Origin: a virus
Direction: 5' to 3' (one strand)
IMG/VR virus record: IMGVR_UViG_3300026382_000175
Location: 16,915-80,914 of that record
DNA: 64,000 nucleotides
Below, piece by piece: positions 46,884-56,771 of this stretch. The first letter of the stretch is position 1; each line of letters opens with the position of its first letter. Under the pieces are notes generated by a model. The model worked only from the letters and a program-made list of their open reading frames with translations, ran no database searches and was not told where the DNA came from. Made by a program: the position numbers and the translations under genes.

Positions 46884-48488
46884 ATGATTAGGTTTCAAAG
46901 TTACCACATAGAAAACTTCCAATCTATCAAGGAACTCTCTGTTAATCTTGATACCAACAAAGTTTACTGTGTAGTAGGTAAGAATGGTTCAGGCAAGTCT
47001 TCTATGTTTGAAGGCTTAATTTGGATTCTCTATGGTAAAGCTAGAACCAATAACTTTATTAGACAAGGTTCAGCTTACTGTTGTGGTAGTGTAGAGCTTA
47101 CTATTAACGATAAACCTATTGTTATTTCCAGATATAAGAACCATCCTGAATATGGTTCTACTGTTAGAATAAAGATAGATGGTAAAGATTTAGTACTACA
47201 TACTATTAGAGAAGCTAACAAGAAGATTGAAGAGCTTATAGGTAGTTATGAACTCTTCCAGTCTTGCGTAATCCTTACTCAAGGTTTGCCTTACGACTTT
47301 ACTTCCCTCACTCCTACTACCAGAAAAGTGGTTTTTGAAGAGCTAATAGGTATAGCTTACTGGGATAAGTGGAAAGAAAAGTTACAGAAGAAGCTTAAGG
47401 AAGTTCAAACTCAACTTAACCAGATTCTACTAGAAATTTCTAATCTTGAGAATAAGCAAAACTATCTGCAAGGTAAGTTAGAGGAGTTAGAAAACCAAAC
47501 TGGTTTAGACTCTATTAAACAAGAACTCTCTGAAACTGAATCTACTAAGTCTAAGATAGAATCAGAACTTAACAACCTACCTAATATAGAGCTTACCTCT
47601 ATCCAAAACCAACTTTCCCAATTAGAAAGGAAGTTAACCTTATTCCAAAAAGAATATCAAGAGAAGTTTTCTATCATACAGTCTGGTATATGCCCAACCT
47701 GTGGTCAACCTTATCCTGATAGCTTAATAAAGCAAGTTGAAGAAAGGTTAAAGATTCTTAAGGATAGTATAGTCAAGCTAAAACAACTTAAATCTCAGTT
47801 AGAATCGCAAAGAGAGATTGCCTATAAGAGACAAAATTTACTCACTCAATACCAAACCCTTATGAGAAGGATAAACTCTCTTAAAGAGGCAATAGATAAA
47901 TCTCAGAGTGATGTTAAAGGTAAGTTAGAAGAGATAACCAGAGAATTAGACTTGATCCAAACTGAATTAAAAGACTTACAAGCTAAACAAAATGAATTGG
48001 AATCTGATATAGAATTCCTTAATTATGTTATAGATTTACTTAAACCTTCTTCTCAGTTTAGAACCAACTTGCTTAATAGGTATGTAGAAGCTCTTAATAC
48101 AATTCTAGCAGATTTCCCTATTGAGTTTGAAATTAGATTCAAGTTAGGTAGAGGATTGGATTTAGAGATTAAGAGGAATAACCAGATATTGGATTTAAAA
48201 CAGTTGTCTGGAGGAGAAAGGAGGAAGGTTAGTATTGTTATTCTTTTAGCTTTACAGCAGTTAATGGAAAGGATAGGAGGGATTAGAACTAACCTTTTAG
48301 TAGTAGACGAAATCTTTGATGCACTAGATTTAGAAAACCTTCAGTTTGCAGTGGAGCTATTTACAGGGTTTGAAGGAGAGAAATCAGTATTCATTATTAC
48401 CCATAATGAAATGTTAAAAGAAATGGTTTCTAATGTTATAGAAGTGGAAAAGGTTGATGGAATTTCACAATATCAAAATATACCTTAG
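46884..48488 (+). CDS. SbcC/Rad50-like ATPase (gp46-like)
   Basis: GKNGSGKS, CPTC zinc hook, LSGGE, VVDE, ITH. Confidence 0.92.
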   Translation: MIRFQSYHIENFQSIKELSVNLDTNKVYCVVGKNGSGKSSMFEGLIWILYGKARTNNFIRQGSAYCCGSVELTINDKPIVISRYKNHPEYGSTVRIKIDGKDLVLHTIREANKKIEELIGSYELFQSCVILTQGLPYDFTSLTPTTRKVVFEELIGIAYWDKWKEKLQKKLKEVQTQLNQILLEISNLENKQNYLQGKLEELENQTGLDSIKQELSETESTKSKIESELNNLPNIELTSIQNQLSQLERKLTLFQKEYQEKFSIIQSGICPTCGQPYPDSLIKQVEERLKILKDSIVKLKQLKSQLESQREIAYKRQNLLTQYQTLMRRINSLKEAIDKSQSDVKGKLEEITRELDLIQTELKDLQAKQNELESDIEFLNYVIDLLKPSSQFRTNLLNRYVEALNTILADFPIEFEIRFKLGRGLDLEIKRNNQILDLKQLSGGERRKVSIVILLALQQLMERIGGIRTNLLVVDEIFDALDLENLQFAVELFTGFEGEKSVFIITHNEMLKEMVSNVIEVEKVDGISQYQNIP

Positions 48489-48501
48489 AGGGGGTTATGT
48501 A

Positions 48502-49227
48502 ATGAGTTGGAAAGATAAATTTCCAAAGGAAAATCGTTATTATGAAACTGAAAACGGTATTTTATACTGTGGAGATTGTTTAGAAATTATAAAAGAATTT
48601 CCAAAAGAAAGTGCGGATTTAATACTAACTGATCCTCCTTATGGAGTTAATTCAAATGAAACAAATGGAATTGATTATAAAGACGAGTTTTATGATGTGT
48701 GTAAGGTGTCAAAAGAACTATTTAGGGTACTAAAGAACAATACCAGAGCTTATGTTTTTACTGCTCAGAAAACTTTTATAAATGTAGTAAAAGGCTTTGA
48801 GAAAAATGGATTTGAATTACACCAAACTTTAATTTGGTTCAAACCTAACCTTGCTGGAGGAACAAAGAAAAAGGTTTATGACTTTACTTCCGTGTATGAG
48901 CAGATTTTGAATTTCCATAAAGGAAAACCTGTTAGAATAAAGAGAGTAGATGGTTTTAATAATTTTGATGTATTAAGATATACTCAACCACAATCTAATT
49001 TTAAGACTGACAAAAGATACCATATTCACCAAAAACCTCTAAAATTAATTGGGCATTTGGTAGTTGTATCAACTAATGAGTATGATTTAATTTTAGACCC
49101 ATTTGCAGGAGTAGGAACTACTTTAGTAGCTTGTGAAAAGTTGAATAGAAGATGGATAGGAATAGAAATTAATGAGAAATATTGTGAAATAGCTAAAAAG
49201 AGATTTAACCTGATTTTCTCTAGCTAA
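48502..49227 (+). CDS. beta-class N6-adenine/N4-cytosine DNA methyltransferase
   Basis: TDPPY, HQKP, DPFAGVGTT; likely start ATG 48502. Confidence 0.92.
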   Translation: MSWKDKFPKENRYYETENGILYCGDCLEIIKEFPKESADLILTDPPYGVNSNETNGIDYKDEFYDVCKVSKELFRVLKNNTRAYVFTAQKTFINVVKGFEKNGFELHQTLIWFKPNLAGGTKKKVYDFTSVYEQILNFHKGKPVRIKRVDGFNNFDVLRYTQPQSNFKTDKRYHIHQKPLKLIGHLVVVSTNEYDLILDPFAGVGTTLVACEKLNRRWIGIEINEKYCEIAKKRFNLIFSS

Positions 49228-49292
49228 CCTGTTTAGTTTAGTAGAAAGGTAAGCCAACCTACAACCTGAAATTTAACCTGAATCAGGTTTAG
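49209..49292 (+). promoter_or_regulatory. two tandem phage-type promoters
   Basis: CCTGAT-N16-GTTTAG 49209-49236 and CCTGAA-N16-GTTTAG 49265-49292. Confidence 0.8.
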
Positions 49293-49325
49293 TTTAATAG
49301 AAAGTTAAGCGATGAGGAGGGTACT

Positions 49326-49583
49326 ATGGGTAGAAGAAAATTAGAGGGGATACTAAGGAAGTTTAACGCTATTGTTAAGGAAATCCAAGAGGGTAAGGAG
49401 TATTCTGAAGTTTTATTTGAAGTTAAGGCTTCTGATAGGGTTAGCTGGGAAGTGTTAGCTATGGTAGGTAAAGATTGGTCTGAGGTTCTCTACACCAGGA
49501 AGAAAGGAGAGTGTTTAACCTCTTTAACTTGGAAGGAAAGAGAGGTTCTTAACAACTTTGTTAAGGAACTTAGAATGCTTTAA
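49326..49583 (+). CDS. hypothetical protein
   Basis: 85 aa, SD GAGGAGG. Confidence 0.7.
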   Translation: MGRRKLEGILRKFNAIVKEIQEGKEYSEVLFEVKASDRVSWEVLAMVGKDWSEVLYTRKKGECLTSLTWKEREVLNNFVKELRML

Positions 49584-49604
49584 AGAAAGTAAGGATGGAG
49601 GAAG

Positions 49605-50343
49605 ATGAGAGTTAATGTTGTTTATGCTAAGTCTTTCTTTGGTTTTGAGGAAATAGAAGATGAAACAGTAGATTTAATATTTGCTGATCCTCCTTATGGT
49701 ATAAGTAGAAATGAAATCCTAAATAATCCTTTGATAGGGGTATGAACCTAAAAAAGGAGACTGGGATTTAGTTTCAGAAGAATATTTAGAAGAGTTTGCT
49801 GAGCAGTTAGTATCAGGTGCAAAAAGAGTTCTCAAACCTGGAGGTAATATAGTTATATCAGGAGTGTACGGTTCATTAATCCCTTACTTCTTGAAGTTAG
49901 AGAAATATGGTTTTCAGTTTAGACATCACATTATTTGGCACAAAACTAATCCAGCTCCTTCAGTTCACAGGAGAAGTTTAGTTTACTCCAACGAAATATT
50001 ACTCTGGTTCAATAAACCAGGAAAATGGTACTTTGATTATGAGTTGTCTAAGACTTATAACAACGGTAAACAACTTCACGATGTCTGGAATATTCCTGCT
50101 GTAAGAAAACAAGCTGGAGTTACAAGAAAGCCTCCTAAGCTATTAGAGATGATAGTTAGGATTTTATCTCCTGAAGGAGGATTAGTGGTTGACCCTTGCG
50201 TAGGTTCAGGCACTACTATTGAAGTAGCTAGAGAGTGGAATAGGAATTTCATAGCTTATGAGATAGGAGAAGAACAACTCAATTTACTTAAAACCAAGGG
50301 ATTTGAAGTAGTGAGGAATGAAGATGAAAGCTATAATCGTTGA
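49605..50343 (+). pseudogene. second beta-class DNA methyltransferase split by a +1 frameshift at G4 (49737-49740)
   Basis: 49605-49745 encodes ...DLIFADPPYG...; removing one G joins it to KRVLKPGG...DPCVGSGTT. Confidence 0.85.
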
Positions 50344-50875
50344 AGGAGCAGATGGGTTAGGTAAGACTACCATCAGTAAGTACTTAGCTCAAGTATTAGA
50401 ATGGGATTGGATTAGACAACCTAATCCTAATAGTATTTTAGGTTGGATAAAAAGAGAAGTAAAGGAGAATTTTGATTGGAATCCAGTAGAAAGACAATTG
50501 TTACATACTTGTTCTAACTTAGTTGATTATTTAACGGTAAAAGAAAATACAGTATTTGATAGATTTTGGTTGTCTACCTATGTGTACTCTAAAATGTTAG
50601 GTATAGATGATAAGATTGTTAACACTTTAGTAAAGATTAATCGTGATGTGTTTGAAAAAGTATTTAGCGAATATAAAGTAGTTATCCTTACTGGAAACCA
50701 ACCTTTTATTAAAGCTGATAGGGATTACTATGAGAAGAAAGGCAAGTGGGACTTTTTAAACAACCTATACAGGAATCTACCAGTTCAATTTCCTGATTTA
50801 GACATTAAGGTTGTAGATGTTACTAACAAAACTATTTCTGGTGTACTTTATGAAATTTTGGAAAAGTTAGATTAA
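50318..50875 (+). CDS. thymidylate/dNMP kinase
   Basis: EGADGLGKTT, FDRFWLSTYVY. Confidence 0.85.
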   Translation: MKMKAIIVEGADGLGKTTISKYLAQVLEWDWIRQPNPNSILGWIKREVKENFDWNPVERQLLHTCSNLVDYLTVKENTVFDRFWLSTYVYSKMLGIDDKIVNTLVKINRDVFEKVFSEYKVVILTGNQPFIKADRDYYEKKGKWDFLNNLYRNLPVQFPDLDIKVVDVTNKTISGVLYEILEKLD

Positions 50876-50964
50876 TTAGGTTTTACAAAATTTCAACGGA
50901 AGATTTGGAACAGTTGAAGTTAATAGCATTGTGGAAAAAAGAGGGTAGATTTTAAGAAAAAAGG

Positions 50965-50993
50965 TTGACATTTTCTCTTAATCTGGTTATATT
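50965..50993 (+). promoter_or_regulatory. host sigma70-type promoter
   Basis: TTGACA-N17-TATATT with A-tract upstream. Confidence 0.8.
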
Positions 50994-51021
50994 TAAAGAA
51001 AACGGATTAGGAGGTGTGAAG

Positions 51022-51363
51022 ATGAAAGAAAGAGTAAATAATTGGTACCTTTCTAAAAAGGAAGACTGGAACCCAGTAGAAGTAGTGACTCCTAGAACTA
51101 GAGAAAAGATATCCTTCTTTTATGATTATGAATCTGATACACAGTATCCGATTTTGCAACCTCCTAATACTCACATAAAAGTGTATGAGTATGGAAGACG
51201 GTCAATTTGGGGTGGAGAAATTCTTCCCACCCTTGTTGTTGCTTCACCACATTATGCTCTGTACTATGATCCTTCTATGAAAAAGGTTTTCCTCTTTAGA
51301 GGGAAGACAGGAATCAGTAAAGCATTTACCTTCGCAAAGAACATGGCAAACAGACATAATTAA
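51022..51363 (+). CDS. hypothetical early protein
   Basis: Start ATG 51022 after AGGAGGTG; the track start falls on the -35 box. Confidence 0.75.
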   Translation: MKERVNNWYLSKKEDWNPVEVVTPRTREKISFFYDYESDTQYPILQPPNTHIKVYEYGRRSIWGGEILPTLVVASPHYALYYDPSMKKVFLFRGKTGISKAFTFAKNMANRHN

Positions 51364-51386
51364 AATCCTTCTAAAAGGAGGTTAAG

Positions 51387-52142
51387 ATGGAATTGAAGTA
51401 CACTGAACCTGTTAATGGTAAGGAAAGGGTTATTAAGCTAGTTGACATCAACTTAATTGAACCTTCTCCACTACAAAGGGAAATTAGCGAAAAGCATGTT
51501 GACAACTTAGTTAAGTCTATGACCAAGCTAGGTTTCTTAGACCCTCTTATTGGATATGAAAGTAATGGTAAGTACTGGATTGTTAATGGTCAGCATAGGC
51601 TAATGGCTCTAAAGAAGTTAGGAGTTAGTGGAGAAATACCAGTTTTAGTAATTCCATTTGAAGATGCTAAGTACATACTTGACATGAACATTGAAAAAGC
51701 TCCTAATATCAAGGATAAGTCAATTGAAGCTCTAAAGGTTTATAAAGAGTTTATCAAAACTGTACCAAACGAAACTGAGTTTATAGTGGAAGATACTATT
51801 GGAGAAATGTGCTTAGTAACCTTTGGACTGTGCTACGCCACGGATAGTCGTTTTCCAGCTTCTACTTTCTACAACCTGATTAAGAAAATTGACAAAGCTG
51901 AAAATGTTCCTCTTTCAGAAGGATTAGCTCTAAGACAGGAAAGAGCTAATAAGTTAATGGAACTCAGAGAAATTTTCAACCAGAAAAAGCAGGAATTTAT
52001 TGAAGCTGGTTATGATAAGTATCAGGTGGGTAATATTGTTATTAGTTTATCCAATCCTTGGGGAAGGAAGAGGTTGATAGAAGAGAACTTTGATGAAGGG
52101 ATTGATATGATTATTGAAAAAATGAAAAGCCTTACTCCTTAA
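51387..52142 (+). CDS. ParB/Srx-domain protein
   Basis: PSPLQRE...GFLDPL...NGQHRLMA. Confidence 0.85.
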   Translation: MELKYTEPVNGKERVIKLVDINLIEPSPLQREISEKHVDNLVKSMTKLGFLDPLIGYESNGKYWIVNGQHRLMALKKLGVSGEIPVLVIPFEDAKYILDMNIEKAPNIKDKSIEALKVYKEFIKTVPNETEFIVEDTIGEMCLVTFGLCYATDSRFPASTFYNLIKKIDKAENVPLSEGLALRQERANKLMELREIFNQKKQEFIEAGYDKYQVGNIVISLSNPWGRKRLIEENFDEGIDMIIEKMKSLTP

Positions 52143-52155
52143 ACTAGTTTAACTT

Positions 52156-52181
52156 AGAGCTCCCCAAGAAGGGAGCTCTTA
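52156..52181 (+). terminator. hairpin / probable terminator
   Basis: AGAGCTCCC/GGGAGCTCT stem. Confidence 0.6.
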
Positions 52182-52216
52182 TCCTTAACCTAACTAAGTT
52201 AAGAGGAGTTAATGTT

Positions 52217-52402
52217 ATGGGATTTAAGGAACTGGAAAGGGATTGTAAGGTTAATAAAGATTGGAAACTGAAGTGTCCAGTATGCCAATCCTCTTATTTG
52301 GAAATTTCAGAGTTCCCAGAGTTTGAAAAGCTTTTGTGTACTTGCAATAAGTGTGGGATTGATTTTATTGTTCACGCAAAGAATTATAAGAAAGCTGAAT
52401 AG
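52217..52402 (+). CDS. small zinc-ribbon protein
   Basis: CPVC...CNKC, SD GAGGAG. Confidence 0.65.
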   Translation: MGFKELERDCKVNKDWKLKCPVCQSSYLEISEFPEFEKLLCTCNKCGIDFIVHAKNYKKAE

Positions 52403-52412
52403 TGAGGTAGAT

Positions 52413-53075
52413 ATGAAATCCAAACTTTTACTAGGTTCTATCTTAGCCTTACTAGGGCTTAATTCTATTCTAACTTTGTCTTATGTTCACTCTTCCTTGC
52501 AGGAAGCTAAAACACTTATAAAGCAGGTACAGGTTCAGCAGAAGGAGACTCAAGCTAAGCTTAATCAAGAACTTAATGAAGTAAGGAGTAGGTTAGTTAA
52601 CTTAGAGGCTAAAGTTAATCATTGTGAGACTAAACCAAAACCTTCAGTCCTTAATAAACTAGAGTCATTTATCAAAAGAGTAAATCCTAAACTTCCTTCT
52701 AACCAAGTTAGTCTGATAGCTAAAAGTTTAGTAGAATCTAGTAAAGAGTTTAATGTACCTCTATCTATATTAATAGCAATAGCTTGGCAAGAATCTCATT
52801 TTAATCCTTATGCGTGTTCTAACTATGGATGTATAGGAATAATGCAAGTTAATCCTAAAGTGTGGTCTGAGACTCTTAACATTCCTGAATCTGTGTTAGT
52901 TTATCCTGATGTTAACATTAAAGTTGGAGCTTATATCTTAAGGTACTATTACAACCAGACTGGTAGTTGGAAAGAGGCCATTAGAAGGTATTATGGGATT
53001 TCTCCTTACGCTAAAATATATCATGAAAAGGTTTCCAAGAAAATTAGCTTGGTTAAAACTCAGCTGTTTATGTAA
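52413..53075 (+). CDS. membrane-anchored lytic transglycosylase (SLT)
   Basis: N-terminal TM, coiled coil, QESHFNP, GIMQV, NIKVG..IL; start ATG 52413. Confidence 0.88.
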   Translation: MKSKLLLGSILALLGLNSILTLSYVHSSLQEAKTLIKQVQVQQKETQAKLNQELNEVRSRLVNLEAKVNHCETKPKPSVLNKLESFIKRVNPKLPSNQVSLIAKSLVESSKEFNVPLSILIAIAWQESHFNPYACSNYGCIGIMQVNPKVWSETLNIPESVLVYPDVNIKVGAYILRYYYNQTGSWKEAIRRYYGISPYAKIYHEKVSKKISLVKTQLFM

Positions 53076-53083
53076 TACTGAGT

Positions 53084-53111
53084 ACAGCCTAGCTACTGTT
53101 AGCTAGGCTGT
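53084..53111. terminator. hairpin between convergent operons
   Basis: 12-bp inverted repeat ACAGCCTAGCTA/TAGCTAGGCTGT. Confidence 0.75.
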
Positions 53112-53399
53112 GTTGCTATTCTCTGAACAACTAACAACAATATGATTTAAACACCCTACCACTACATCTCCACACCTAGCCTGTCCTATCTTATTAACCC
53201 TTACAGTATCAGAACAAGTAACAATAATACCTAAATGTCCACAATTCCCTATAACTAGATCATAACATCTAGCGTTCCCTTTTTGATTAGTACTAGTATT
53301 ACCAGAACAATTAACAATAATTCCTACTGTACCTATACACCCATCATGACAACAACACACTCCAGCTGTTAAATCAGTACATCTAGCTAATCCCTTCAT
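53103..53399 (-). CDS. PAAR-like spike tip protein (Cys-rich)
   Basis: Three ARC.D repeats (LARCTD, NARCYD, QARCGD) in 98 aa. Confidence 0.75.
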   Translation of the reverse strand: MKGLARCTDLTAGVCCCHDGCIGTVGIIVNCSGNTSTNQKGNARCYDLVIGNCGHLGIIVTCSDTVRVNKIGQARCGDVVVGCLNHIVVSCSENSNTA

Positions 53400-54092
53400 C
53401 TAAACAATCTCCTGTAAATCATTTAGGTAATCTTGGAACTTTTCTTTAGGAGAAAGTGTTTTGTTAACCACATAACTAGCTTTGTCTTTTACATCTTTAG
53501 GAACATTTAAGGTTTCTTGATAAATCTGATGAGCAGATTCGTTGAAGATAGAACTAGCAGAAAGAGCATCTTGCTGAACAGCACTTAAACAGTTAAGGAA
53601 GTTAGAGACTTCTTTAATAACATTAATAATATCGCTAATTAAATCCTTCACTCCTCCTAATACAGAGGATAGCTTACTAGCAATATTCCCTATCTCTTCT
53701 ATTAGAGAATTTAAGTACTCTGAATTAGAGTTTAATGCATCACAAGGGTTATTAGCTTCAGAAATTTCCTGTAACTTGCTGTTAAGTTTATCTAAGTTGC
53801 TAACAGGAGAACCAGAAGTGAGTAAATCTTGAGCTTTCTTAAGGAGTTCTGATTGAACATCTATTCCATCAAATTCTTTAGCTATACACTGTACTAAATC
53901 TGTTGCTGTTTTGTAAGCTGAACTGCAAGCATCAATTAAAGAATCAGTAACACTATCTAAATAGCTTTCTAATTCATCTAATACTGAATTACAGTTTAAG
54001 TTAGGATCGGATTCTACTAAAGACCTAATTTGTTTAATCTTATCTTTAGCTTGCAGGTACTTAGTATAGTAAGCAGTATCAAAAACTCCCAT
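53400..54092 (-). CDS. hypothetical helical protein, baseplate region
   Basis: 230 aa adjacent to the PAAR-like gene. Confidence 0.6.
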   Translation of the reverse strand: MGVFDTAYYTKYLQAKDKIKQIRSLVESDPNLNCNSVLDELESYLDSVTDSLIDACSSAYKTATDLVQCIAKEFDGIDVQSELLKKAQDLLTSGSPVSNLDKLNSKLQEISEANNPCDALNSNSEYLNSLIEEIGNIASKLSSVLGGVKDLISDIINVIKEVSNFLNCLSAVQQDALSASSIFNESAHQIYQETLNVPKDVKDKASYVVNKTLSPKEKFQDYLNDLQEIV

Positions 54093-54163
54093 CTATTCCT
54101 ACTCCTCAGTTAGCTTTAATCACAATTAAGTTTCTTATTATACAATTATTCCACATGAATCTT

Positions 54164-54727
54164 TTATTCAATTACTCCTTTTTCAATTAGTTTAAATCCA
54201 TTAGCTAAGCACAATTCATATACATCTTCAGGAGATTGTCTCCAGTAAGGTATTTCTTCTGGTAGAACACCTAAGTATTGTAAGATAAAGCAAGTTCCAG
54301 TAGAACATACAAACTTACCATTAGGTTCTGATTCCTTACCTTTGATAACAAATTTAATTATTTCAGTATAGTCGTAAGGTAATCCTGCTTGACAAATAAA
54401 ATCCAATATCTTGAAATATTCAGTATAAGTTTCATAGTCTACTTCTTTACCCAAGACTACATAAGGAGTACCTTTGGTATGGTAGCTAGGAGTAGTTAAT
54501 TGCCACTTAGCTCCAAAGATTCCTAAGTACTTATGTCTAGTATTTTCCCAAGCTTCTACTCTATAATAACCATCTAAATCAAATCCTACATGAGAGAACT
54601 TACTCCTAGTAAACCACTTAATAAGTTTGGATATCAAAGAAATGCCTTGAAAGAATATTACCCTGATTAGATAAGGCTTTTCAGAATCAAGGAATATCTG
54701 CTGGAGTTGAGAAGTCTTAAAGACCAT
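54164..54727 (-). CDS. permuted papain-like (YiiX/NlpC-P60) protein
   Basis: SKFSHVG (His before Cys), PYDY, FVCS. Confidence 0.75.
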   Translation of the reverse strand: MVFKTSQLQQIFLDSEKPYLIRVIFFQGISLISKLIKWFTRSKFSHVGFDLDGYYRVEAWENTRHKYLGIFGAKWQLTTPSYHTKGTPYVVLGKEVDYETYTEYFKILDFICQAGLPYDYTEIIKFVIKGKESEPNGKFVCSTGTCFILQYLGVLPEEIPYWRQSPEDVYELCLANGFKLIEKGVIE

Positions 54728-54734
54728 TTCAACC

Positions 54735-55310
54735 TCACCTACTTAGTTTGAAATAGTAGTAGTTAATCTTATCTACATAAGTAATAGTCTCCCTACAATG
54801 CTTTCCAGTAAACTTGCATAAGTTTTCCCTAAACTCCTTCCAATAGTAAGGCCTTCCTGCATCCTTCCACACTTTATAAATCCATCCCATACCAGCATTA
54901 TAACTAGCAAATATGTAGTTAAGCTTTTCTAAGTATTCTAGTTTTGGAAACTTCTTCCTCCACCACTTAGCTATTATCCAATCAAACTTAATACCAGTAG
55001 CTATATTAACTTCTGGAATAAGGAGTAGGTTAGGGTTTTTAATACCTAGCCATTTACCTGTTTGAGGCATAATCTGCATTAATCCTAGAGCACCTACATA
55101 ACTCTTAGCTTTAGGGTTTAGCAAACTCTCTTGAATTGCTTGAGCTTTAAACCATCTCCAGTCCAACCACCAAAAATACCTTTTACCATACCTTTGAAAA
55201 TAAACATCATATTTATGGTTGTTTATTACTTGGTCAATAGTTAACCCTTGAGCAGTATTAAAAAATCCTATAAACAGCCAAATAAGAAAAATCAGAATTG
55301 ACTTCTTCAT
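54735..55310 (-). CDS. secreted lytic transglycosylase, probable endolysin
   Basis: Signal peptide; QES, GALGLMQIMP, ASYNAG, ETITYV. Confidence 0.88.
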   Translation of the reverse strand: MKKSILIFLIWLFIGFFNTAQGLTIDQVINNHKYDVYFQRYGKRYFWWLDWRWFKAQAIQESLLNPKAKSYVGALGLMQIMPQTGKWLGIKNPNLLLIPEVNIATGIKFDWIIAKWWRKKFPKLEYLEKLNYIFASYNAGMGWIYKVWKDAGRPYYWKEFRENLCKFTGKHCRETITYVDKINYYYFKLSR

Positions 55311-55320
55311 AGCTTTCTAC

Positions 55321-55575
55321 CTAAAGCATGAAGTTGGTAAAAGCATAGATTAATCCTAAAGCTATTAATCCTATTATTAATCCTGAATAAATAGCTACTG
55401 CAATATTGCCTTCTTCAAATACCTTCTTGTGGATAATCTCAAACTCTTTTTGGAAAATGTGGAGTACGCTCATTCTAGTTAAGGTTATGGTAACTAGTGA
55501 TAGCATTATGAACAGTACTAATCCCAAAAGTTTAGAAATAGTTAACATTTGAATCGGATTAAGGGTTTCCATCAC
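55321..55575 (-). CDS. two-TM membrane protein (DUF350-like or holin candidate)
   Basis: GNIAVAI motif, two TM segments, next to the endolysin. Confidence 0.55.
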   Translation of the reverse strand: MMETLNPIQMLTISKLLGLVLFIMLSLVTITLTRMSVLHIFQKEFEIIHKKVFEEGNIAVAIYSGLIIGLIALGLIYAFTNFML

Positions 55576-55584
55576 TTTACTCCT

Positions 55585-56376
55585 TTAGTAAGTTATTGCT
55601 AACTTTGTTAGTCCTTCTTGCTCTAAATACCACTTAACAATGGTTCTAGATTCAGGGCTAGGGTTAATGTAATATATTTTGAACTTGGTTTCTGGGAATT
55701 CTGAAAGTACTAAGTTAAAAATGTTAATCTCCTTATTAAGGTAAAATACCTCTGGTAATATGAAGACATGAGGGTCATTTTGTAAGAATGAATCCAATGA
55801 GGTTACTTCACAGATAGAATAGGCTAATCCACCTGATAAAAGCATCCCTATATTATCAATAGTTTCTTCATAAGGTAGATTCAAATCTAATATATACCTT
55901 AAGCGTTTGATAAAAACTTGGAATACTTTAGAGTGAGTTTTAAGGAATAAATTGGCTAATTCATGATTATGGTTTCTTAACTCTTCTGAATACTTTTCTT
56001 CAACTTCTCTAGCAGTCTCTAAAATAGGTTCAGGGTATAAAGAACAATTACGATAAGCTAAGATTGAGATGTAGTTGATTAATTGATGATACCACAAAGA
56101 CCACAAAGAATATTTTAGCCTTATTATGTTGTAAGTTTCAGGATAAAACTTCAGTCTACAATACCTCATTTCCATAAATGTATTAGAAATAGTTCTAGCT
56201 ATGATAGACAACCACTTACATCCACTAGCAGTTATCCTCAAATCTGTATCAACTTGTTCAAATGGAGGATTTTCTTTTATCTCAGGATAGTGAATGTTGA
56301 GGAGGATTTCCTTCATACTGATAATAGAACAGGTATCTAGTCCACAGGATTTGTCACAAGTCATTAGCTCCTCCAA
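55585..56376 (-). CDS. hypothetical protein
   Basis: 263-aa ORF in the lysis region. Confidence 0.65.
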   Translation of the reverse strand: MEELMTCDKSCGLDTCSIISMKEILLNIHYPEIKENPPFEQVDTDLRITASGCKWLSIIARTISNTFMEMRYCRLKFYPETYNIIRLKYSLWSLWYHQLINYISILAYRNCSLYPEPILETAREVEEKYSEELRNHNHELANLFLKTHSKVFQVFIKRLRYILDLNLPYEETIDNIGMLLSGGLAYSICEVTSLDSFLQNDPHVFILPEVFYLNKEINIFNLVLSEFPETKFKIYYINPSPESRTIVKWYLEQEGLTKLAITY

Positions 56377-56771
56377 GTGATATTCTTAACATTATCAGAT
56401 ATTTCATCTAGCTTCTTTGGAATATCTTCCTCTAGCTTTTTCTTCATGCTATTCAGTAAGGATTTTACTTCCTCTAGTTTTTCAGTGATTAGTTGATTAT
56501 TAGCATCATTAGTCCTATCTCTAGATTCTATTAGTTTTTCTATACTGTTAATAAGGTTCTCAATATTCTTAAACTGAAGTTCTAATACTTTTTCATCAGT
56601 TTTAGGTTTATCAATTGGAACTGATATGATAAGTTTTGCCATAAATCCATAAAAAGTCCTAGTTAAGAAATATCCCCCTACTCCTCCTGCTCCCATAGAC
56701 ATAGAAACTACAACCAATTTCCAAGTTGGGTATTCTCTAATTGCCTTGTCCATTAGTTCTACTATTTCCAT
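56364..56771 (-). CDS. TM plus coiled-coil protein (holin/antiholin candidate)
   Basis: One hydrophobic segment followed by heptads. Confidence 0.5.
   Translation of the reverse strand: MEIVELMDKAIREYPTWKLVVVSMSMGAGGVGGYFLTRTFYGFMAKLIISVPIDKPKTDEKVLELQFKNIENLINSIEKLIESRDRTNDANNQLITEKLEEVKSLLNSMKKKLEEDIPKKLDEISDNVKNITWRS

Noticed and set aside
37131-50875. Hypermodified or uracil-substituted genome system
   Set aside because: dUTPase, ThyX and a UDG domain indicate ordinary thymine DNA; no base-modification cluster seen beyond the methyltransferases
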